From an uncultured delta proteobacterium (GTDB lineage: Bacteria; Desulfobacterota; Binatia; UBA9968), in assembly GCA_963847445.1 (NCBI GenBank), contig CAWJZV010000043.1, positions 1 through 45,086 on the forward strand: DNA of 45,086 nt, read 5' to 3'. The notes below the pieces were generated by a model. That model was not told the origin of the DNA. It searched no databases and saw only the letters and a program-made list of their open reading frames with translations. Below are positions 1 to 9,770 of this stretch, in pieces. A program made the translations under genes and the position numbers. Position 1 is the stretch's first letter. Each line of letters begins with the position of its first letter.

Positions 1-720
1 TATGCCACGTCAGCGAATGGCGCCGGTCCCGGGCCCAATTGCCTTGGACGATCAATGCAGAGTAGGCATTGGTTTTTTCGATGCGAGCCTCTTTCACAAG
101 AAACTTCTGACCAGACTGTCGGTCGTTAAGGTACGCCAACTCCGTGACAAGGAGAGTCACACGTTCTAAGTCAGCTTTTTTGATCAATCCGCCAGGGGAG
201 CTCAAGAGCCCTTTGAACCGTTGCAAAAGCGCGTCATCGAGAAGGTCTCGCCCATCGCCATGCATGGAAAAACGCAGAAAGACATCTTGTCGCGCGGGCG
301 GCTTGAGAATTATGTAAGGACTTGCCGGAAATGATGTATCCATGTACGGCCTGGAACTGGCATACCCCTGCCATGAGGTCCAATCGGAGGGTATCGTCAC
401 ACTGGCGACGCGGCCGCTGTCTCGCAGGACTGTGGTGCGCCGCGCTCGATCCTCGGATACCTGCCGGCACCATACCTCTTGCCAAACCAATGCGCCGTAA
501 CCCCGACAGACGTGACTGTAGCCCTGTTCAGCTAGTTGATCACAGTCTTTGCGCCCCTGAAATGAGGAAAGGCAGGCGCGGCACTCTTGTCCACGATTTT
601 GGTGGGCTGGGATAGTGCATCGCTCGACATATCCCGGCCGCGGCGCAATGTCGCCGAAGGCGAGAGTAAATTCCATTGCTGTCAAAAACAGCCCAAGCGC
701 AATGGTCGCTCCCATCTCAT
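1..720 (-). CDS. Secreted Cys-rich hypothetical protein, runs off the left window edge
   Basis: Not in the ORF track because it has no stop in the window. Open frame from ATG 715 to position 1: MGATIALGLFLTAMEFTLAFG-DIAPRPGYVERCTIPAHQNRGQECRAC...DC...GYSHVCRGYGALVWQEVWCRQ. GGAGG RBS precedes ATG 720, implying a 1-nt indel near the start. Confidence 0.7.
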
Positions 721-730
721 AAAAACCTCC

Positions 731-1072
731 TCAGGGTATGCCAAATAAAATCTGACAGACTAAACCCAGGCCATAACTGGAGCCGTTGGCAACCAGCGAC
801 CAGTAAAACGCTCGCGGCACACCGAGCAATCGAAGGTAAACCCACTCGGCTACCACAGCGCCAGCTTCGGAGATAGCTATCATTGCCCAGTAATGCTCCG
901 AGCCAAAAGACGTGATCGACCACCAAACGAGCGGATGAGTCAGCAAGCTAGCGCCAAACGCGCCAACAAGGCGTACCGGCCAACCGAAGCTACGCAGCGC
1001 GAGGCTGTAAATCGGCACTTCGATCATCTCTGTCAGTAGAAAGGCTTGCAGCCATTGACGATCAAACCACAT
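731..1072 (-). CDS. Small multi-TM membrane protein
   Basis: Hydrophobic ORF with AFLLTEMIEVPIY, AFGASLLTHPLVWW, SLVANGSSYGLGL; stop lies 10 nt upstream of the Cys-rich gene start, on the same strand. Confidence 0.65.
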   Translation of the reverse strand: MWFDRQWLQAFLLTEMIEVPIYSLALRSFGWPVRLVGAFGASLLTHPLVWWSITSFGSEHYWAMIAISEAGAVVAEWVYLRLLGVPRAFYWSLVANGSSYGLGLVCQILFGIP

Positions 1073-1773
1073 GATCGCTTTCGCCGGAGTTTCTCTCAAA
1101 ATTTGGATGCGGCCCTGCAAATCTCGGTGGAACTTGTCCAGTTGCAGGGCACACTCCAAAGAATATGGGAAACGAAAATCCCGCGGCGCCGATTCGACCA
1201 TGCTTTATACTATGACCCTCCTGCCAGACCATAGGTAATCACACTTGCTGATGGACTCTTCCTGGCTTAACTCGGTCTCGTGTGTCCATATCGCGTTATA
1301 GCAGCTAGTCGTCGTTGGACTCGCCAAGAGGGGAAATGTTCCCGACTCTTCTCCATTGAAACGCCTGTGACCAATGCCGGATGTGAGCGATGGCAGCATA
1401 TCCGATCCAGGCAACTACGTCGAAAATTGGATCGGCGGCAAGGCATCACCCTGCTGCAGCGTCGACCTCGTCCACCCAAAAATCGCTCCGCAAACTATTC
1501 GAACTATTCACCGCCTAGTCAATCATTTAGCTTGGTTTTGTCATTCGCGCGATACTCGTGATTTTGACGGACTACGGGTCGATGTGGAACATTTTCGCGC
1601 GGCGGAAGTCTATTTGGCTGTCTCGCGAGCCGGGAATGATGAACCGCCGAGGACGAACAGAGACTTGTAAGTTTTTTAAGAGTTTGGTACTGCGCAGCCT
1701 GGTAATACCACAATAAATGGGGCCGCGAGCAGGCTAAACCTCTGAGTGTAAGCCATAGGTCAACGGAGGCACG

Positions 1774-2202
1774 ATGACACTGGCAAAAAAGATCGGATTG
1801 ATTGTGGTCGGCTACTTGACCATCGGAGGTTTAGTCGGGCTTACCCAACTAGGGATGTCAAACCTTCTCGCGCCGCCTTCCTGCAACGGAATACCCGTTC
1901 ATACCCTCCTGAACAATTTTCGCAGGAACATCGCTGTCGACGAACTGCCAAACAACCGCACGCAGCGGCCCGAGTCCCTAGTGAGTTATTCCCTCAGGTT
2001 TAGCCGCAGCCTGGCACTGTGGCTGCCGGATCATCTCAAGGAGATCAGCGCCGGCAATATGACTCTGCTGAACTATTCGATCGGGGGACTACGATGCATG
2101 AACTATCCAGTTACATCTTCGCCTGAAAGTTCGGCTTCGAAGGAATCAGAAAATAGCGCTACTGAAGAGCCGGAGATCACCAAACACGATGTTTGGAAGT
2201 AG
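1774..2202 (+). CDS. Hypothetical protein with N-terminal TM/signal segment
   Basis: GGAGG RBS before ATG; MTLAKKIGLIVVGYLTIGGLVGL; 142 aa open frame. Confidence 0.6.
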   Translation: MTLAKKIGLIVVGYLTIGGLVGLTQLGMSNLLAPPSCNGIPVHTLLNNFRRNIAVDELPNNRTQRPESLVSYSLRFSRSLALWLPDHLKEISAGNMTLLNYSIGGLRCMNYPVTSSPESSASKESENSATEEPEITKHDVWK

Positions 2203-2385
2203 CAAAATATTTCACGCGTCAAAACAGATAGACGTTAAGGCTGTAGTTTCGCAACTACAACGAAGAAAGGGAAAACCATGATTAATCAAATGTTAGCCTC
2301 ATGCGCCCGAGTCCGGTGCAGCCTGTTGCCACGGCGCTGTGCTTTTGGCGTCAACGAAACCCACGGGAGAGTCACGTAGGTCGCT

Positions 2386-3314
2386 TTGGCCATGCTGTGC
2401 ACGCTTGTAATCACCTTGACCGCTTCGTTATCGGCGGCGTTGGCACAGTCGCGTTATTCGGCTGAAGGCGCCAATCAGTTTGCCCGCGCACAGGACTGGA
2501 ACGGACTTGGTCGGTACGCGACCGCCTGGACCAAGGCGGAGCCCAACAATCCAATCGCGTGGAACTACCTCGGCAACAACTACGCGATAGGACTACGGCA
2601 GCCCGAGGCGGCGATCCCGGCGTTCCAGCAGGTCGTGCGACTCGACCCTAACCGGCACAGCGCCTGGGGAGCCCTTGGCGCGCAATTGGTGAAGGTGAAG
2701 CGGTTCGAAGCCGCGGTCAATGCTCTTAAGCGGGCGACCGGGTTCGAGAACCCGTAAACCCTCCTATTGGAACAACCTCGCCGCCGCCTACCGGGGGACG
2801 AATCAGATCAATCTCGCGCTTGCCGCGCTCGACAGCAACATGAAGCTGGCAGCCCCGCACGGAACGTGGACCGACTGGCACAACCTCGGGGATGGCGTCA
2901 CAGAAATCTAGGCAAAGAGCGAGACCGGCAAAAGTCAAAACCGTCATCGCGCTGGGCCAGTCCGTGAAGCTCAATCCGCGCAATGGCGAAGGCTGAATAG
3001 CCTCGGCGAGGCTTACCAGACTTTGTCCAGGTATGACGAGGCGCTCCGGAGCTACAAGCAAGCGGAAGCCCTCGGGAATCGCTACGCACGTGCGAACTAC
3101 GATAATCTTAAAGCTGGCCTCGCCGCAGCGGCCGCAGCCGCGGCAAACATGGGAAGCGACAACAGTCCTAGTGATAGCGGCGGAAACCCATGCTACGGCT
3201 ATGAGGGTGGCGCAGCGGCCGCCTGCCGTGAAGGCAACAAAGTGGCAATGGACCGGAGTTTACCAGAACCATCAACAAACCGAGGAAGACAAGCGGAAGT
3301 ATGGTGTCAAATGA
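2386..3314 (+). CDS. Secreted tetratricopeptide-repeat (TPR) protein, frameshifted
   Basis: TPR motifs across frames: AWNYLGNNYAIGLRQPEAAIPAFQQVVRLDP, AWGALG, YWNNLAAAY, WHNLG, (W)NSLGEAYQTLSRYDEALRSYKQA; signal-like ...SAALA-QS; Ser/Gly linker and tail ending KRKYGVK* at 3314. Start uncertain (possibly ATG 2278). Confidence 0.75.
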
Positions 3315-3385
3315 TCGGTTCGCAATCGTCCGACCGCCGACTGCGGTTTTTCGATCATCTCGTGAGTACCCGAAGGAGGTGTCCC

Positions 3386-5157
3386 GTGACTCAAATAAGG
3401 ACTTTGATCTTCGGTTTTTTCTTGCTGACCGGAGTAACCGGCGTTGTCTTACCAGACCATGCTGATGCCGCCTCCTGTGATGCCCTTGTCGGTAAATGGG
3501 CCTGGTTTATCGGCGGCGAAGTGACGGTCAATCCGGATGGAACATTCACGCAGCAGTCGGGTAATGCCGGAACCTGGCAATGCACAGATCCGGCCCGCGG
3601 AAGGTTCACTCTGCGGTGGCGAGACGGTGGGCTTCGTCAACAGCTTAGCCCTATTCGCCCGGATGGACAAGGCCTCACCAGCACAGATCGATCCCAGTGG
3701 TATGTCACTGCACGAAGATCAGCTGCGGCGCCAACTCTCCCGCAGCTGGTTCGGAAAGACAATTGCTGCCAGGAAAATTACGGCTGCGAAACGAAGGATC
3801 AAAGTTACCAGTCACGAAGAAAATGGCAACCTGCCATTTTCCCGGAAACTCCGGCTGCATCTCGGAAGCTACGAGCAGGAAAGCCTCACAGCTTAAAGCG
3901 GCCAATGAACAGCTCCGCATGTGCAACCGCGCCGCGAGCGGTGCGGTCACCGGTCAAGCACCGCCGACCGGCAGCGCGTTTTCGTTCCCCGCGAGCGGCG
4001 ACGAGTTCCATTCTACCGATGGAACTGGCGGCCCCGGCCAAATGTGTCAACCGTGCGGCGCCGGTAACGATCAATCGGCGGGCGCGGGCGGCGATACTTT
4101 TGGCTCAGATTCACCGGGCTCGGACAAAGGCCAGCCGCCGACTTCAATCGAAGCCCACGCCGACATCGCCGGTAGTTCGAGACGAATCAGATGTACCCGC
4201 AAATTGATGCGAATGAGATCGAACGTTTGAAGGCGGAACGAAACGAACTTTTGCGGTCGCTCGCAGGCGCCGGATATATGACAGATCTCACTTTGCAGAC
4301 GATGGGCAAGCTCATCGCGGCTCGGTTACAGCACCTGACCGAGCCGAACGAAGGTATCGCCTCACGGACCGCAAGCGCCGCACGAAGCGCAATCGAACAT
4401 GCTCCCGAAAACATCGTCAAGGCTCGGGATGCAGTCGCAACCTACCTTATCAATGAAAACGCGGCCAACCATCGCTACCTGTATCGTCAGGTGGAGATGG
4501 CGGTGAAAAAGGCGGAAGCAGAGTTTAAGCAAAAACTCCGTAATCCACAGATTACGATCGCCACAGCAGCCGACTCATTATTGGTGGGAAGGGCGACAGG
4601 TGCGGTGGGAACGGTCTGTCAGCAATGGTCCGCGACGAAGATCGCCCAGCTTAAGAGTAAGATCGACAAAACACGGAAGGCCAGCAAGGTGGTTAAGCAA
4701 ATAAACAAACCGGATTTTCCAGAAAACCTTTTGTGGTACGGGTTGGGTGGCCCGGAAGACTGCTTTGGCAGAGTTTGGCAACTGCAACTGGCGACCGATC
4801 TTATCTACTGAGGAAGACAAAAGCTACGGACGAAGAGGTATGGGCAAAGTTAAAGCCTCATTTCGGAGGAACCAAAGCGAAGGGCAACGCTCCACGGGTC
4901 GTCCTGGCGACTTGCAAATGATAGCTGAAGGCCGGCCTGTACCCGTAACGCCGGAAGAATTCGCGAAAGTGCTGAGGGACATGCCCGATAACTCCGAAGG
5001 TATGGTTTTCATTGGCAGGCCTGGTGACAATGGTCATGTAGTCAATCTGGCCAAGTTTCGAGGAAGCCATTTTATCTGGGACAAGCAGCAGCGCACTTCC
5101 AACATGGACATCATTTTCGCCGGCGGGAAAAACATCTCTTGGTTCCGATATAAATAG
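3386..5157 (+). CDS. Secreted modular protein with a C-terminal papain-fold (Tox-PL/glutamine deamidase-like) domain, frameshifted
   Basis: GGAGG + GTG 3386; signal peptide ...DHADA-ASC; rebuilt from ORFs 3023, 3697, 4191, 4733 and 4747. C-terminus: EDCF(W)QSLATATG...GMVFIGRPGDNGHVVNLAKFRGSHFIWDKQQ. Confidence 0.6.
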
Positions 5158-5248
5158 CGTGGTGCGCTGCCGTAATGGCTATGTTCGGATCACGGCGCGA
5201 TCGGCGTGTTCGTTGGACAGGTTAGATTTACAAAATCGCAGGAGCGTT

Positions 5249-6412
5249 ATGGCTAACCGAAGATTTCTAGTGTTAGTTCAGGTGTTGATAGCTGAGATGA
5301 TTACAGGCTTTTTACCTGAGCCAGCTTATGCCGCCTCGTGTGATGCGATCCTCGGCAAGTGGACCTGGTTTACCAAAGGCGTGGTGACCTTTAACCCTGA
5401 CGGCACGATGCGGCATGAACCGGGCAACGACGGCACATGGGAATGCACCGAGCCGGCGCGGGGAAGGATTACGCTCCGATGGCGACAAGGAGGATATGTT
5501 AATCAAGTAGCCCTGTCGGCGGATGGCAATGGGTTATCCAGCACCGATCCATCGCAACAATTTGTCACCGCGAAAAGAGTTGGTGCAGGTGGAACAGAGC
5601 AGTCTGTGAAGAACCTATCTCCGTCGCCAAATGCGGCGACTGTGATCCTGACAACCCAGACCGATGGAGCGCGTCAGTTACCTAAAGACCTTCCAGAGCT
5701 GATGCATGCCGCGAGACAGCGCGCTCAGCAGTGGCGCGCGGATGCGATCCCTGTCGCGCTCAAATTCGAACATCGAGATGCCCCAAACCCCAAAATGCGA
5801 GGACCCGAGATCACCATCTCCTTCTTCTCGCCCGCAGCGGGCAACGGACTGTTCGGGTGAGGGTCACCTCAGATGGCGCGCGCACGTCTGAATTCAACCA
5901 GCTTGTGAACTGGGGCAAGGTTGCCATTACCGCCGGTGTTCGTGGACCTCACCCCGCGGCCCTGCGCATTGCGCGCAATAACGGCATGAAAGGTGCGGTA
6001 AATCGCGCTCGCCTCGGACATCTGGAGCCCCTCCGGCGCGCCGCCGGTCGTTGCGTGGATGATCGGCGACAAAACAGTCAACGGCGCGACCGGGGAAATC
6101 ATCGATTACGACGTGACCGGTTACATCGCGCGCTACAATGCGCAGTGGCAGCATGCCGCCAAGGGATTGCTCGCGCTGATGCGCGCCGCGTGAGGGGGAG
6201 CATCGAGCGGCGGTTCTCCCACCATCGGAGGCGACAGCAGCTCCCCGGGTTCAGGGTCTGATAAGCCCTATGACGACGGCAGCGCCGCGCGCCAGGAATA
6301 TGAACGAAGAGCTGCGGAAAGCCGCGCCTACTGGAACGGCAGTGCAGATGATTACGATCGCATCAAGAACGGGCAGTGCACCTGGAGCGATTCATCTAGG
6401 TTCGCCTGTTGA
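5249..6412 (+). CDS. Secreted protein paralogous at its N-terminus to 3386-5157, with a PepSY-like middle region; frameshifted
   Basis: GGAG + ATG 5249; signal ...PAYA-ASC; shared N-domain. Later frames give VDL.AALRIARNNGMKG...AWMIGDKTVNGATGEII, a Gly/Ser linker and ...DRIKNGQCTWSDSSRFAC* (TGA 6410-6412). Confidence 0.65.
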
Positions 6413-6545
6413 GGCTTCTGATTGATGTACACCCTCAACAAGTGGCTCCGCGCCAATGCATGCTGCCAGAATAAAGCGGTCGAAAACTACTCTCGCCTTT
6501 GAGGCACCACAAGATCCGAGGTCCAGAGAGACTTATACAACTTAC

Positions 6546-7039
6546 TCATTCCACGCGAACAAAATTATACGAACTTACCGCGCGACCGCTGCTGCGCCCC
6601 TCCAGCGCAGCAGTGGCTGTCAGGTGAAGCGTCGTCTTACCATCATATCGTTCATTCTTCTCGACAACCCTGCCGATGTATTCTCGTGTCTCACCTCGTT
6701 TGACATCGTCTGGGGTGGGCGCGAATTGTACGCGTATTTTTGTTTCCGTTTTGATCGCTATCGATTTCAGTTTTTCCGTGAACGAAGGCTCGATAATCCT
6801 CCAGCGCCCGGTTTCCAGTTTCTCCGATTGTTTTTCAGTTTTCCCGGGGTGTTAAGCGCCATCTCGGTCATCCGGAATGTCCCGCCCTTTTGCAGCTCTA
6901 ATTCCCACGCGACATGGGGTTTATCTTTGGCTGTCAGGGCATATTCCGCCCGCCACCTACCGACAAGTTTCGTATCGTCCGCCTGTGCCGGTAAAACTGA
7001 AAAGATCATGGCGATAGTGACCCAAATCAACTGTTTCAT
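6546..7039 (-). CDS. Secreted hypothetical protein, lipocalin-like LVGRW beta domain; one frameshift
   Basis: MKQLIWVTIAMIFSVLPAQA-DDTKLVGRWRAEY...LELQKGGTF; second frame continues to ...SSYNFVRVE* (TGA at 6546). Confidence 0.65.
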
Positions 7040-7488
7040 AACGCGTCTCCGTTCTTTGTTTGATAAGCACCTCTCCGTGAGAATCACCACCACTTATTCA
7101 TAGCAGTGCAACGTCGCATCGCAACTGAAGCATTGGAGGGCGATAATCGAAAAATCTTCCCTCGTCAAGTCGACATTTGGCGAGAGCGTCGCCTGGAAAG
7201 AAGTTTGCTCGTAATACGGTGATCTGGTGGATCATCGGCGTACGTGGAACACTCTCTGTCGCTCGCACTCTATCTACCATCAAAAAATTTCACATGGAGT
7301 TGAGCGACTGCATCGGGCACCTCGTGGATCGCTGATTGACATAGCTATTACCGTGGTGGACACTCCAGCGTTGGCTATGAATATTATCGTTAACTCCGCC
7401 TGAAAAAAGATCGCTGAGCGACCAGCCACCTTTGTCATCCATCAGATTCCGGCGGGGAGATGCTTAACTCAAAAACACGAGTGGAGTT

Positions 7489-8249
7489 ATGAGTATTGAG
7501 GATATCGAGCCAAAGACAGTGGGCGTAAAAGCACCGGTCGAAATCGTTCTGAATGCCGCTCGGTACAAAGGAGTTGCGGCCGGGGCAACTCTAGCAAGAA
7601 TCGTCCAAACGAAGAATGGAGGCCGAGTCATATTATTTTCCTCAGGCGACAAAGTCATCGAACTACCAGGGCAACCGATCAAGACGGAAAAGCCGGACGG
7701 CAGTGTGATCGTCGGCCAAGCCGATGGACAGGTTATCGAGGCGCGCATCAACAGGCTGATTCCGCTTGAAGAGAGACCGCTCAACGTTGCCAGCGGCGCC
7801 GGGGAACCTATCGGAAAGTTACTATCTAATTTTGCCGAGCGATCGTTCGTAATGGACGGCAAGCCTTACGCCTCGGTGGAGGCTTTTTATCAAGGGCTCA
7901 AATGGCCGGATAACGCAAACCGAGAGGAAGCTGCTAAGCTTTCTGGCAAAAGGGCGAAATACGCCGCTCGCGGAGCACCTCGATTGGAGAAATTCGAATA
8001 CGAAAGTCGCACCTATGGTTTCGGCAGCCAAGAACACCATCAGCTCGTCAAACGCGCGATTCGGGCGAGCCTCGAACAAAACCCGGTGATTCTTCAACAA
8101 TTCATAGCAACCTATCCCAGACCGATCGTGCACAAGACCGCGACATGCAACCCTCTTCAAGCTTTCCAGGACTAGTATTTACGCGTATTCTGATGGAGCT
8201 CAGATTGGAATTACTGGAAAACTCTCTTAGCCCGGGACCGAATACATGA
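7489..8249 (+). CDS. NADAR-superfamily protein (T4 gp30.3-like) with ~95-aa N-terminal extension
   Basis: GGAG RBS; LLSNFAERSFVMDGKPYASVEAFYQGLK...LSGKRAK...QNP...IVHKT. After a frameshift near 8145 it continues FPGLVFTRILMELRLEL...* (8249), matching the NADAR C-terminal LMxxR helix. Confidence 0.75.
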
Positions 8250-8706
8250 TGAATGATGTAAGATCCTAGCGGATGTTTTGCGCTCCATTCGTAAACACCG
8301 TGCGAAATATCACAAGCTCGATCTCTATGCGCGATTGTTCGCTAACTTTCCGAATGCGTATGTGCGAGTTTATCACGAGTGGGTGTGATTCGGTGGTCCT
8401 AAGGCTCGCAGATGGCAACGTCTTAAAGATCACCAAACAGCAGAATATACCTCTGCAAAGGACGTGGGATATGCCGATCCTGGATAAGGGCGCGGTACGG
8501 GCGATGACTACTCACTGTCTTGGTTCGTGCAACCCGAAGGAAAAACGCCCATCAAGCACCAAGATTTGATGCCCGTCCTGAAACGGCTCCGGGCTGGCTA
8601 CCGGTTGACCGACCCGTCCCTCCACAACCTTGCGTATTACGACGGTGAAATTGAGCACGACTTGCTCGATCCATTCGCCGTGTCCCAGATACCCGAACAA
8701 ACGTGA
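8246..8706 (+). CDS. Minimal protein-kinase-like protein (~150 aa), three frameshifts
   Basis: ATGA overlap with the NADAR stop. Rebuilt motifs: FITSGCDSVV (Gly loop), VLKIT (catalytic Lys), WFVQPEG, LTDPSLHNL (D-x4-N), LLDPFAV. Confidence 0.55.
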
Positions 8707-8805
8707 CCTAGTTTTGACAACACCGAGGATAATCCGTCGCTTCAATCTAGAACGAATTTGGAGTGTCCCAGCGCGGGATTTTCGTGGTGCGCGATAACCA
8801 ACCTG

Positions 8806-9226
8806 TCATGGCCGCACGTGCCGATATATGATCGCGCGGTCGCTAAAAATCACCAACTCATCGGCGCCTTTCCATTTAATCTTCACTCTCTGCTCCTCGT
8901 TAAGGCGCACATGCCCCGTGGCGGAAGAACGTCTCCGCCGGCGCGATTTATCGTCAGCTTTTGCTCAACCCACCAAAGCTGTTCTCCCTCCAAACGATAG
9001 ATGCCGGTGACCGTTGCGCGCGCTCCCAGCAATCGAAGCACCTCGGTGTAAGTGCCGTCGGCTCCAAAGGTCTTCACGCTGGTGCGGCGCGGATCGTTCG
9101 ACCTCCAAGTGCCAATCAGGCGCTGTGCCGAATCGTCAGACGGTTGACTAGCAGTCTGTGCATCGCTGGGTAATGATGTCGCGGCCCACAATACAACCGG
9201 CAGAACAAAAGAAACCGAAACGCCAT
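8806..9226 (-). CDS. Secreted hypothetical protein, lipocalin-like LIGTW domain; frameshifted
   Basis: QRLIGTWRSND...KTFGADGTYTE...TGIYRLEGEQL; last frame KIKWKGADELVIFSDRAIIYRHVRP*. Confidence 0.55.
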
Positions 9227-9605
9227 GCGGCCTCCGCTATGACATTTATCTGCACACGACGCTATGCTGCGCCTATTCACCGCAATAATATCCGCAACCA
9301 GCTGCCTAAACACTCACGGAAGTCCTATGGACGCTCTCTTTACAAGTCGTTAGAGAATCGCGACGCTAAAATGTTCCTATTCTTGAAAAATCAGACAACA
9401 AGGGAGCCAAATGAGACTTGTGGGTGGGAGCGTGTTCTGTCTCCACCGCCCTGCGCCAGAATCAATTATTTGCACGCTGGGTCGATCACTAGCCAAAATT
9501 AGCTAGCGGATGTCTCTAACGTGAGAACATCTAGCGATTCCAAGTTCTGAAAAAGACCCTTGGGTTGAGCGGACTGGTAGCTAATTGGGCTGATCGAAAG
9601 AAATT

Positions 9606-9650
9606 TGGAGCGGGCGACGGGGATCGAACCCGTGACGTCCAGCTTGGGAA
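9606..9650 (-). mobile_element. att-like site: 3' half of tRNA-Gly(CCC), not an intact tRNA
   Basis: Reverse complement TTCCCAA-GCTGG-ACGTC-ACGGG-TTCGATC-CCCGT-CGCCCGC-T-CCA gives anticodon loop, T arm, acceptor 3' strand, U discriminator and CCA. The 5' half is absent (upstream is CGAGACAAAA). Confidence 0.9.
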
Positions 9651-9770
9651 TTTTGTCTCGCTTTTGATATTTTCTTCTTTTGTGGCGAGAGTTTAGTCGA
9701 TCTTTCTGCGCTGGAACACTTGTTCCGAGCTCCAGCAATTTCAACTACTTTCACACCTTCTACTTTTGTC

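Noticed and set aside
1205-1720. Short overlapping ORFs on both strands
   Set aside because: No recognisable motif, RBS or consistent frame.
3023-4207. Single 394-aa ORF joining the TPR tail to the next gene
   Set aside because: Indel-driven read-through; there is a separate RBS + GTG and signal peptide at 3386.
7336-7364. Sigma70 promoter for NADAR (TTGACA-17-GACACT)
   Set aside because: Perfect -35 but weak -10; not enough support to call.
9606-9680. Intact tRNA-Gly gene
   Set aside because: Only the 3' 45 nt are present; no D arm, 5' anticodon stem or 5' acceptor strand.
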